Source: Lama glama
Lineage: Eukaryota
NCBI GenBank assembly: GCA_028534125.1
Contig: CM052817.1
Span: 92,382,001 to 92,446,000 of the forward strand
Length of the DNA stretch: 64,000 nucleotides
Direction: 5' to 3'
The notes beneath the pieces were generated by a model that saw only the letters and a program-made list of their open reading frames with translations, ran no database searches and was not told the origin of the DNA. Positions 12,956-24,980 of the stretch are shown here, in pieces. The number at the start of each line of letters is the position of its first letter. Position 1 is the first letter of the stretch. Made by a program: the position numbers and the translations under genes.

Positions 12956-14449
12956 AATATGTATAAAGGTGCACACACACACAGAAGAAAGCATATACTC
13001 TGTTAAGTTATGGATGGCATCAAAAGTTCTTGAGATAATGATACCAAAATTACTAGTTGACAAAACTATTAGTTGCCAAAGTTATTAGTTGACTGGAGAT
13101 TATAATATAAATGTACTTTGTTGCCATTATAAATGAGTGATTTTACCTTATAGAAAAGAGTGGAATGTTTAAAGCTCTAAAGTTTTACATAATGTACATA
13201 GTTATATACAGTTTCATATAAGGTTACACATAACCTTAATTGGGTCCCTTAAAAATTATTATAGAGTCTCAAGTTTAGGGCCGACAAAATAAAGAGCAAT
13301 CCCTCATTACCCCCAAAGAGAAGATCTAGAAAAAATGGTTCATGGCTAAATTAAATATATAAAATGGGTGTGTAAGTGAAAAGTTATACGTGTTTATATT
13401 AACTTAGGTACAATCACATAGTTAAAATTGCATATTATATAATGTGCTATTTTTAAATTATGGTTTTATTTAAGTCTCACAAAAAATAAGAGTTTTATAC
13501 CAACTTTTTATCCTGCATTGTTAAATATCCTTATCATCTCTGGTACTATTTTTTTGAATCATCAGACATAGTTCTCTGGTACACTTGATCTTCAAGCTTA
13601 ACTAAAATACGGCAACTTCTGAAACTAGTAATGTTGTATATAAACATTGCATAGCAAAACATAAGTATTCTTACACATTCAGTAATATTTTCATTTGTGA
13701 TCTCCACCAGTAACCACATACTATAATTCTTTTTAAAGTCATCTTCGCAAGATTTGCAATGATATGCTCATAACCCCAGGAGTTATTTGTAAAGCTTTGC
13801 CTTCTTTTTAAATGATTCTGTTAAGAATCTCTTATAATGATACCAAACTAGCATAGATTGAAGTCATTTCAGGCTCCAAACAGTGGATTATTATTCAGAA
13901 TAAAGCAACTGAGGGGAGAGCCTGGAATATGAGAACACTTTAAGGACTCAAGTATAGGGCAACTTTTTTCTGGGGAATCTTCTTTGGGGAAAACTAGACA
14001 AACATGGTGTTTTATTCAATCTTGCCCAGCTGTCTCCCTTTACACACATCACCTACTTCAAGCCTTCTGATCTCAAGTTCATCTACTGCCAATAAATCCC
14101 TCATTCTCAATAATACGATTTTATCTCCTTCACAGAGAAAAGAAAAGCCTTTAAGCAGAGAATTCTTTCATTTCACCTTCCTTCCCCAAACTACTTTTTT
14201 TCCTACTCCTTCACTCATTCTTATCTCTTTGTTTTAGTCTTAGTCCTGCCTAAATCTCCTTCCATGCATACCTTGCATCCAATTCCCCGTAGACCCTACT
14301 CCATCAGCGTCCTCCCTCTTCACTGGAGCACACAGGAAAACACTCAAGTTGCTCCCATCTCAAAACTCCCCAAACATGTCTCCCCTCAAGCGAGTCTGTT
14401 TTAACTTTTCTCCCCATCAGTTAGGCTTGTGGAGAAAAGTCTAAGTTTT

Positions 14450-15640
14450 TACATTTTTTATTATGAAAATTGCCAAAAACACACAAAAGTAGAAATTCAA
14501 CAAATCCCAAATCACCTGGTTTCAACAATCATTCATTTTTCACCATACTCGTTCATCTATGCAGCCCCCAGTTTTTGCTGAAGTATTTCAAAACAAATCC
14601 TGGCCATTCTTATAGGTCGGAGATGACTTCAGTGTGAAAACTATAAACATTCATTTATTTACATAGCTACATGACATTATCACATGCTACAAAACTAAGA
14701 ACAATTACTTAATAACACATAATACTTAGTTGATATTCACATATCCCCAGTAGTCTAACTAATGGTGGGGGTTGGAGGGTGGGGTGTTCAAAAGAGTATC
14801 CACTTAAGTTCCTTACTGTAATTGGTTATCTGTTATTACTTTTTTAAACTTATTGTTTAGACCAGTCACTTTAGTTTTCCTTTCTTTCTCCCCATGCAGC
14901 TGTCTTTTTGAAGGAAGTGGGTCAGTAGTCCAACAATGTCCCACATCCTGGAGGTTTGCTCTAGATTGCTTCCTCTATTCACTGTGTATACTCTAAACTG
15001 GAGTTTAGTTTAAAAGGCTTGATTAGATTTGACAGAATAAAATTTATATTTTAAGGCAGAATGAGAAAATTTAAGCATACAATTCTCTGTCCCAACCCTC
15101 CCTCCTAGCTTGCAATCTGCATCTGTATTACACATTAACCAGACCTCCTCAAAGATGGGAATGCCTGCACAACTGGAAAGATTTTTCCGCCCCTTTCTTC
15201 TGATGTAACTTCTTAGATTAGCATCCTTTCCCAACTCTATAAGGGGTCATAGTAACTTATTGCTCACTTTTTATGTACTTACTTGGACTATATTTCTTTA
15301 ATGAACTTCACTTAGAATATCAGTATGTCATTTTGATGTACAATCCTTGTCTCAAAAATGTATATAACTGTGCATTTGGCTTCTAACAGGTGGAACAGTT
15401 CTCAGAGCTTCTGAGAGTCTGTCTCCCGGGTTATAATTCTCAATTTGGCTTGAATTAAGACTCCCTTTTTTCTTCTTAACTTGATTGTTAATTCAATTTT
15501 CATCCACAGATTCAAGGTCGTTTTATTTCCTTTTGTTTTGTTTTGTTTTGTTTTTTGGAGGATGGTGGGCAATGACTCCCTACATAATTCCTTCCTGGTG
15601 TGTTTCATTTGCATCGTAGCAGGAGGCACAGAATGCCTGA
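14450..15640 (-). mobile_element. Old L1 (L1MC/ME-like) 3' fragment, split by a solo LTR
   Basis: tttttattatgaaaatt... start; flanks rejoin as aaggcttgattagattcaaggt across the LTR. Confidence 0.6.
15030..15508 (+). mobile_element. ERV1-class solo LTR (479 bp)
   Basis: TG...CA termini, 4-bp TSD GATT (15026-15029 and 15509-15512), TATA-like tatataa at 15361. Confidence 0.82.
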
Positions 15641-17326
15641 CTCTCTAACTTGCAGTGACACTGAAACTAATCAGAGATTCAGGTTAGGGGACTCGATCCC
15701 TTTCCGCTGACTGTCCATCTGCTCTCAGCCCACACTCTCACACTCCTGCTCTGCCCAGTATTGTAGGGCGGGGTCTGTACCCCGCAATCCCAGGCCCCTT
15801 ACTAGCTAGCTTCCATGAAGTAGGTCCTATGAGAGGAAGTAAGTAACAAGAGACTAGAAGGCAGTAAAAGAGGAGGACATGCTTCCTACACTTGGTTTAT
15901 GGTGAAATCTCCAGCAGCAGCATGAAGCACAGCTACATCAGCACTGGCAGGAGCAACGGAGTTGGTGGAGGCACCAGCTCTGACGGAGGCGGCACCGTCA
16001 GAACCTGCTCCCAGGGCACTGAGCACAGTGCAGCAGCCCGTGCATCCAATGTCAGACCTTGGGGTATAGCCTAACTCCCTTTATGCTTCTCCTGTCTCCT
16101 TTCTTCTCCTTTTTCTTCTATCAGCACTTGTAAGCTTTTTTGGCCAATTCTTCGTATTAAATTTTCTCTGTTCCTTCTTTTTGAACTACCAAAAGTTTCC
16201 TCTTTGGACACTGACTGGTACACCTTCCTTGTAAAGCTCCCCATCCACCTGTCACTTAGAGATATGCCTGAATCAGTTATGTTTCAAAATGCTGATCTTT
16301 TAATTCTATTCATTCTAAAGATACTAGCTGGAATTTTTTTTTTTACTGGAATAACCTTTCTTCATCCACTAAAGCTATTTGATGAGGAAAAAAAATAAAT
16401 AAAGTGAAATACTGCTGGCTAAACTAAACATGTCTGTTAGCCAGATTCAGCATGAAGGCCATGTCTGCACCCTACCCTGTAGCACAAATAACATATATTC
16501 CTCAGCAAGGCATGTAAGGCCTTTCATGATCTCATCACGGCATGCCTTATCTCCCATCAATCTTTCCTCCTTAATCTCAAACATCTACATTCCAGGATAT
16601 GCTTACATTCCCCCAAATATAGCACACTCCCCTTTTGGCCCTTCTGCCTTCTCAAGCAATTCTATTTGCCAGGCATCCCCTTCTCCTATCTGCCCAAAGC
16701 ACATCTACCTATGCTTGGACTCAGCTCAACTATTACTTTCTCAAGAAAGTCCTTCTTGATATCTGCAGGTGGAAGGAAATACTTCCTCCTCTACCTGTTC
16801 TCATGCTGACCTCCTCTGCCATTACAATATCATTCGCTTCCTTGCTCTGATTTGTTTTTACCATCTGCACCGACCACTTGAATGTGAGGATTTGGAAGGC
16901 TGGTTCCATTCCACAGCACCGTGCATGTTAGGTAACTTCATATGAGTTCATAGCATGTGCTTGTGCCTCCCCGGTTGCATACAGCAGGAGATTGTAAGCA
17001 GAAGCAGCAAAACTAACCTCATACAGTAATGAACACAAGACTTTTTAAAAACAGCCCAGCAGGCTTCTCTCAGAGGCAATGGATTTCATGAGGAACAGAT
17101 ACTATAATAATAACAACATGACAAATATGGATTATCATAGGCAGAGAATGTACAGAATTGGGGGGAAATTGCAAGCTATATTTCATCAAAGAACTACAGG
17201 TTCTTCCTGCACAGCTGCACTCATTAAAAAGAATATGACTACTAATAAAACTATGTAATTGGACAGAAAATATAGAATAGAAAAATGAAAGAACAATTAT
17301 TTTTAAATTTATAAGACTGTACTTAC

Positions 17327-17373
17327 TTTTTTGTAATCATGTCAACCACAGATTTTAAATAATCTTCGTTACT
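17327..17373 (-). CDS. MGAT4D: MGAT4D exon 5 (47 nt): SNEDYLKSVVDMITK(K)
   Basis: Acceptor ttatttttag, donor AA|GTAAGT, phases fit both neighbours. Confidence 0.92.
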
Positions 17374-18619
17374 CTAAAAATAAGAAAAATATTTTTCTGA
17401 AACTAAGCATGTCTCATAGATCTACTAATACCTGTAAATCTAGTTCATGTGTGGAATGTCATTACGTCTTAATTTCTAGTGTTTTCACTTTCAGTGAAAG
17501 AATTTGAAATATCCATGTGTCTAAAAGATCTTACTGGAACACTGAAAATATTTCATTCTCCCTTGGTCACATATCACTACAAACTACTTATACTTAAAAA
17601 TTAGTATACAAAAATTTATGTATCTAAAACAGTTTTGTCCTAAAAGGGGGATGGCTTAAAGAATTGCTCTTTTCTGGAAGTGTCTTGATTGTATGAATGT
17701 TATATGCAATAAACTTACTTCAAAATTATACCACATTTTTCCAGATAGTATTTCTCAGCTTGATTCTCAAGTTTTCTTCCATCAACAAACTTTTTGTATC
17801 TACTCTGCTAGATTAGATGATGGATTCATTTGTAAGTTGCTTTTGCTGACTTATTCTCTCAGGTAACTTTTTTAAAAAAACATAACCTGTGGTATTTACA
17901 AGATGTAGCCTCAGGGTCCACAAGCATTGCCAATATAAAATTCTGAAAATTTTTGAATAATAATAGTTCTATTGACAAATCTAAGTATTCTGGAAGGCAA
18001 CTTTGAATGTATATGGTTAGATTGCTTGTTTATAACTATCAGTCACGATGCAGAAAATCCTATTATAGTACTTCAGGTTCTTAAGACAGCCAAAAATTGA
18101 ATCACCAGCTATTTCTTGCACAGTGAAATATAGTACTACTAAAGTTATACTTCTTCTTAAGTATTCTATGTTCCATTTTAAAATTTGTCTCCCAATATTT
18201 TATTATTGGTCCAAAGATTTTAGGCAGATGTGCACTGTATCAGCAGCAAAGAAATAGATTGCAGTATGTAATACAGGGAAATGTGATACAACATTTTAGA
18301 GATTATGTATATGCTTCCAATATTAAGAAAGTAAACTTAGAAAGAATGGTTGTTTAATCTTTTATTTATGTTTTCATATTAGTTTTCCTATTGCTTGTTT
18401 GGTTTAGAGTTTTCCTAAAACTGTATTCAAAGAGTAAACTTGCAGTCAAAGATATGTTTATTATAAAAATTCAAACAACAGGGAAAAAATAAAGGACAAC
18501 AAAGATCCCTTTAATCCAGATTTCCTTTGAATCAGGGACAAATTTTGGTTTTTCAAGCATGAAGGTTAGCTCATTCTCTTTTTTCTTTATATATTTCATC
18601 TGTCTGTATATCGTTTTTT

Positions 18620-18666
18620 TCTCTTTCCTTCCTTCCTTCCTTCCTTTCTTCCTTCCTTCCTTCCTT
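18620..18666. repeat. (CCTT)n microsatellite
   Basis: Direct reading. Confidence 0.9.
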
Positions 18667-18909
18667 ATTTCTACTACATTTTACATAGATAATATTATAT
18701 GAAATATGATGTTGTACAACTTTTTTCAGTCAATAATATGGTAGGGACATTGTTTTATCGCAGTGAATACAGATATTCATTCTCCTATCAATGGTTACAG
18801 ATAATTGCAATGTAGATATAAATATTTAGTCAGCCTATTACTGACAGATATTTTGGTTGTTTCTAACAATGCTTTTATAAAACAACAGTGCATTGAAATC
18901 CTTGAAATT

Positions 18910-19160
18910 ATTACTTATTGAACACTTACTACATGCGGTCCATCACTGTATATAATGTAAATATATTAGCCAATTTAATGGCCAAAACCACCCTATAACA
19001 TGGGCAATATCATCACTATTTTACAGATAAGGAAAGTAGAGCAGAGAGAAGTTAAGCAACTTGTTCAAATTCATGAGCCAGGAAGTGGAGAAGCGGACAT
19101 TTGAACCTTGGCAATCTAGATCAGAGTCTGTGTCCTCAACTAGTCTACTGTACTGTCATA
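18910..19160 (-). mobile_element. MIR SINE
   Basis: attttacagataaggaaagtagagcagagagaagttaagcaacttgttcaa core. Confidence 0.8.
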
Positions 19161-19942
19161 TTTTTATTATTTTGAAATTCTTGACTGATTATCTCCTTAG
19201 AGTAACTCCCAAGAATTAAGATTTCTGATTCAAAGGGTAACATATGTTAAATCTGACACATATTGCCAGATTCCCCACCAAAAGGTCTTATGGTGGTAAT
19301 ATTTATACCATACTTTGTAATTTTACATGGCATTAGAGGCAGGACACAAAACTTTGGGGCCATTAGCGAGACACAGATTTGAATCTGCTCTATTAATTAC
19401 TGGGCAAGCTCCTTACTTTCCTTAAGCTCCAGTTTCTTCATCTGGATACCTACTTTACAGGGATGCAATGCAGATTATAAATAATGTATATAAAAATTGT
19501 CCACCATCCTTCAGATATAGAAAGAAGTCTCTCAATTGACAATAGCTACTGTGACTTAACATAAATTATTTCTTGATTCGTGTACCAACCTTTTATTGGG
19601 CTGGACAGGTTTTATTACTACAACATCAATTTTAATATTCTGTTTGTAAATATAATTTCTGTACCATATAGTGTGCAGGGCTCCCAGTAATATACTTAAC
19701 AATACAGTCATATTTCTCCCATTTGGAACCAGTATATTTCCTTTTTAGTTTGACATATTTGATTCTTTTGCAGTGGTACCAAACAAGCATTAAATACATT
19801 GTGTGCTATTCAAAAAAAGCATCTATGAATTGCTTTTTTAAATTTAAGAAAAAAATTCAAAATGATACAGTGATTACCATGGAGGAAGAGTATTTAGAGA
19901 CCAAGGCTGGGAGTGAGGAGAGCTCCTTATTTTCATACATAC

Positions 19943-20076
19943 GTCTGCGACAGAGACAATCACCACGGAGTCCTTCTCTTCTGAAAGAGTCATCCTGGAG
20001 ACAACAGAGGTCAGCGTTTGCTTCAGGTAACTACGATTTCCTCCGTCAACAGTGGAAATACCCAGTGCAAAAGAAA
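19943..20076 (-). CDS. MGAT4D: MGAT4D exon 4 (134 nt): [45 protein letters not shown]
   Basis: Acceptor tttgcag, donor GAC|GTATGT, GT54-family LGISTV..SYL..TL.S motif. Confidence 0.95.
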
Positions 20077-20904
20077 CTGCAAACGTAGGAGCACAAAATC
20101 ATCATTTCATACTACAGAGAAAACACAATTTAGCATTAATATTTACACTTATTTCTCTGTTTAGGTTAGTTGTATGGTCATCAAAAGTGTTTAAACTCTA
20201 CTGCAAAACTAATACAAATCACTGTTAATTTTTATCACATATTTCATTTCCTGTTTGAGGAAATTCCAATTTGCAATACGCTGTTAGTTAAAGCATTGGA
20301 CTCAAGACATTCTCATGTTGGAGAATTTCAATATGGTGAAAACTAAAACTAGCCACTCTCCATTTATTACAGTTTTTGTCTAACTGGGTACGAAACTTCA
20401 CACGTTGGCTGATTCTCTATTCTTCTTCCTACGGAGACAATGGAACCCAAAGTGGGAAAAATACTATGAAATATTTTCATCTGTGAAAAATTGTATAGAG
20501 TAATTCCCAAATGATTTGATGGAATGAATCGATGTCCCTAAGTGATTTTTACTGTGTATTAATGACAGGCACCAGGAGAACAGACTCCACATTATTCCAC
20601 ATACATATTAAGGCTCTATTAGTGAAGTCTGTCCAAACTTAATCTTGGCTGCAGCAGCCCCTGGCTGTTTGAGTTTGGTCAAGATTTAGAGCCTCTGCAG
20701 CCTCAATTTCTCCATCTTTAAGTTGAGGATAAGGACTTACAGAATAGCTAAGTGAGGAACTCAGAAAATCCTCTTCCTAAAAAGCAATAATAAAACTGGA
20801 AAAAAGTTGTCAAACCAATCAGAGCCCTGGACATAACAAACTAAGAGGAATTTATTTAAGAAAAATTATTGAACTTCAGTGAGAACAGTAAGAATCAGTA
20901 TTTC

Positions 20905-21322
20905 CCTGATCACTATTCATACTTTCATGTGTTTATTGGCCATTGGGTAGTCTTTTGTGAAATCCCTGTTTAAGATATTGTTAATTTCTCAAGTTGTCTG
21001 TATTTTTCTTACTGATTTATTGATGCTCTTTACAGATTCTGAGTATGAACCCTTTGTTAGTTACATGTATTACAAATATTCCCCACCATGAGTTCAATGT
21101 TTTACCTTTCAAAATTAAGAGCAGAAAGTCTTAATTTTAATATTGTATAATTTATCAATCATTTCCTTTATAGTTAGTGCTTTTTGATTCCTGTTGAGAA
21201 ATCTTTGCTTATCTTCAAGTCATAAAGATGTTTTCCTGAATATTTCCTAGATGATTTATTGTTTAGCCTTTTAAATTTAGATTTACAATCCACCTGGAAC
21301 AGATTTTTATGAATGGTGTGAG
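20905..21322 (-). mobile_element. Old L1 ORF2 fragment
   Basis: Antisense L1 text (catgtgtttattggccatt; tttacaatccacctggaa). Confidence 0.7.
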
Positions 21323-21682
21323 CCAGAAGTTAAGTCTCAAGCTTCAGGACCCACTCTCAAATGATTCCTGGAATGGCTTCCCCCAGCTTAAGATAAGGAA
21401 TACATTTGCAAAGGTCTGTAAAGCTTTCAGTGACCTGGTCCTGACCTACCTCCTCCACCCACTTTCCAAAACAGTCTTCTTTAGTGTCTTTTAGCTTCTC
21501 AAACTCACCAGACCCCACTTCTCATCTCCAGTCCTCTGCATATGCCTTTCCTTGTTGCCAGAACACTCTCCTGGATCCCTGATGCTAAACCATGTCTTCT
21601 GGCACCCTCTTCCCAACACAGTTGGCTTGTCAGAAGCATGTGACATAGATCAGCATTGCTTATTCCCAAGGAGTGCCTAAAG

Positions 21683-21894
21683 CAGAGGTCAGCACACTTT
21701 GTCTATGAAGGGCCAGATGGTAAACATTTTTGGCTCTCAGGCCGTATCATCTCTGTTGCAACTACTCATCTCTGCTGATGTAGCATGAAAGCAGCCACAG
21801 GAAATAGGTGAACAACAAGCATAATCTCAGTCCAACAAAAGTGTATTTAAAAACAGGCAGATTTGGCCTGTGCATTCTAGTTTGCTGACCTTTG
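21683..21894. mobile_element. MER58A-like hAT-Charlie MITE
   Basis: Inverted termini cagaggtcagca / tgctgacctttg and typical core ctctgttgcaactactca. Confidence 0.82.
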
Positions 21895-22433
21895 GCAGAG
21901 AGTGACTCGCTCATTGGACTGAAATAGGTTTGTGGGAATGGCAGGTGTTCTGAGACTTAGCCTGACAGCACTGCTTCTAACGAAAATGCTTTTTCTCTTC
22001 TATACTTGGTGAACTTGAACTCATTTTTCAAGGCTTAGCTCAATCATCATCTCTTCAGTAAAGCTTTTGCTGACTTTGGTCTTCAGAGAGATGGAGAAAT
22101 AAAAAGATAACCAGATAAGAAATAGATTTATCAAAACCAAGGGAGAAGTAAGTCGCCAAGTGCTCAGCAGATGGTTAATGTACGTTTGGCTTATACTGAC
22201 TTATTTTCAAAGCATCTATATTAAAATTAAATTTAAATTCATCTCCAAATATTTACTGAACAATTTTTTTCTGCCAGACAATATACTGATTTCTAGTAAT
22301 CCAAATTAATGCCAGACAGGCTTGTATATATCAATCTGAGTATCATATTAATAGATTACATTTTAAAACTTAAAAGGATATTCCCAAAGATCAAAATATC
22401 TGTATTTGATTTTCCAGTTCTAAGTTCACTTAC

Positions 22434-22571
22434 CACCTGTTTTCTCTTTGCCAGTGATTACATCAGGATAAATTCTGCCTACTTTCCTTAGATGGGGGAA
22501 AAAGAACTTCAGGACTTCAAATGCATTAGGGGCTGTTTCATTCCTATCCAATGCATTCACTTTCTTCTTAA
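22434..22571 (-). CDS. MGAT4D: MGAT4D exon 3 (138 nt): [46 protein letters not shown]
   Basis: Acceptor ctctttcag, donor [22 protein letters not shown] motif. Confidence 0.95.
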
Positions 22572-22994
22572 CTGAAAGAGAGGAAAAATAGGGTTTCTGA
22601 GTTCATGACTAAAGGGATTCTTCTTCTTCTGGTACAATTTTTTAAAATGAGGATGAATAAATTATCACAGATTAATTTCATATTCAATATAAGATAAATA
22701 CTATTAAATGTGAATTATCAAAATCATAAGACTACAAAATATAGCTCAAAGATTATTAATTCATATTTACTTTAAAAGTACTATTTAATTTAAGTCTCAC
22801 ACACTGAGTAACAACCAGAGGCTAACAGAACTAACAGTTCCAAACGAAGGATGCAGAACTGAAACATGCTCTAACTGGCCTGCTCTCCTACTTTGATTAA
22901 TATCACATCATTAAAGTTTGTCTCTTCATAACTTTGTTTTGTAGCCCCTCAACATTTAATGATTTCTTTGGTACCATTCATTTGAATTTGCCCC

Positions 22995-24235
22995 CATAAT
23001 TCTGAAAAAGAGGAACAAAGTTGGAGTGCTCACACTACCCAATTTAATTCATAATACATAGTACAGTAATCAAGACTGTGTGGTATTAAAGAACAAACAG
23101 AAACATAGACAAATGGAACAGAACAGAGATCCAGACACAGATCCACACAAATATGGGCAATCGATTTTTGAAAAAAGCACAAAGGCAATTCAATACAGAA
23201 GGGACCTTTTTGACAAATGGTGCTAAAACACATGGACACCCACATGAAAAAGACTGAATCTTGACCTATACTTCAGGCCATTTATAAAAATGAACTCAAA
23301 AGTTTCGTAGACCTAAATGCAAAATCTTAAACTATAAATGAAAAGAAAAGAAAAGAAAAGAAAATCTTTATTGACCCTGTTCTAGGTAAAGTTCTTAGAT
23401 ACAACACCAAAAGCATAATATATAAAAAGGAAAACTGGTAAACTGGACTTCATCAAAATTATAATTGTCTGCTCTTTGAAGGATACCATGAGAAGCCACA
23501 GACTGGGAGAAAACATTCCCAAATCACAAATCCATCTGATACATGTCCAGGATATACATAGAACTCTCAAAACTCAACAACAAGGAAAAAATTCACCTAA
23601 TTAAAAAATGTGCAACATATTTGAACAGGCATCTCACCAAAGAAGATATATGGATGGCAAATAAGCACATAAAGATGCTCCACATCTTTAATTTCCAGAG
23701 AAATACAACTTAATATGAGATACCATGACATTAGAATGACTATAATTAACTGGAGTGACTAACTCTCACACATTGCTGCAAGGAAGGCAGAACGGTGCAG
23801 CCATTCTGGAAAACAGTTTGGCAGACTCTTATAATGTTAAACGTACACCTACTATATTCCTATCAATCCTAGATACTTATCCTAAAGAAATGAAAATTCC
23901 CTTCATATAAAAAATGTGTACATGATTGCTTATGGCAACAGGTATCATCAAAAAACAAAACAAACAAAAACCCCAAATACAATCCAGATGTCTCTCAAAT
24001 GTTGAAAGGATAAACAACTATCCTTTGCACACCTATACGGAGGAATGTGATTCAGCAAAAACAGGCCACGTAACAACATGAATGAATCTATGCCAATTGA
24101 AAGAAGCCAGTCTCAAAGGGTTCCACATGTGTGATTTCACTTGTTTGGCATTCTGGAAAATGGAAAGCTATAGGAATAGAGAACTGATCAGTTGTGGCTG
24201 CCGGGGTTGAGCGTAGGGGGAGGTATTACAGGGAG
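22995..24235 (+). mobile_element. Old L1 ORF2 3' half and 3'UTR
   Basis: gaacaaagttggag..cagtaatcaagactgtgtggtatt; aaactggacttcatcaaaatt. Confidence 0.8.
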
Positions 24236-24821
24236 CGAAGCAGGAGGCAGGACTTCTAGAGAAATGGGCAGCCACTGAAGTTTGATATATAGGACAGTGT
24301 AGCCTTCATTTTGGCTATAATGAGAGTAAATAGGTGGGGACAGGTTGGAGAGAGAGGAAAAAAATGGAAGTATGTTAACAATTATTCAGATGAAGCACAA
24401 AGGTGGCTTGACTAGGGTAGTAGAGATGGTGATAGGAAAATGTGGACAGACTTGTGAGATACATAGGATTATGAGTCAACAGGATTGCTTACTGACTGCC
24501 CTGGAAGTATTTAGAGGGAGAAGGATTCAGAGAAGATGCTCAGGTTTCTGGGTGCGGCCATTGGATGGATCACAGATGGTGCTGCAATTCACAGAGACAG
24601 AAAACACAGGAAAATCATTTTCGAAGTAGAGATGAGAGGAAGTTCATCAGTGATGTCTCTTATCTGACTTTTGCATGTCTCACAGTAAAAGAATGAGTAG
24701 TGATTTAGTTATACTTATTGGGAAGAAATGCCCTAAAATCAGAAAGCATAAAATCTAAATTTCCAAGCACAAAAGATAAAACCAACCAATCACCATATAC
24801 AAAAGCAAAAACAATACAAAC

Positions 24822-24980
24822 CCGAATTTACTGATATATTTTCTCCTTGTGTGATTTCATATTTGATTTTATTCAAGGCTTTAATCAGCTCTTGGCGATT
24901 TCTTTCAGTTCTGTTTTTTAAACGTAGTATACCTTCCTTAAGCTCCAAAATACGGTTTCTACAATTAATTAATTGATTAC
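24822..24980 (-). CDS. MGAT4D: MGAT4D exon 2 (159 nt): (S)NQLINCRNRILELKEGILRLKNRTERNRQELIKALNKIKYEITQGENISVNS, stem region
   Basis: Acceptor ttctttgtag, donor G|GTTTGT, open frame, NQLINCRN motif, phase 1-1. Confidence 0.9.

Noticed and set aside
19723..20088. 121-aa plus-strand ORF
   Set aside because: Antisense shadow of MGAT4D exon 4, non-ATG start, no recognisable homology
24826..24834. Alternative donor TCA|GTAAAT for MGAT4D exon 2
   Set aside because: Would put exon 3 out of frame; the donor after 24822 preserves phase
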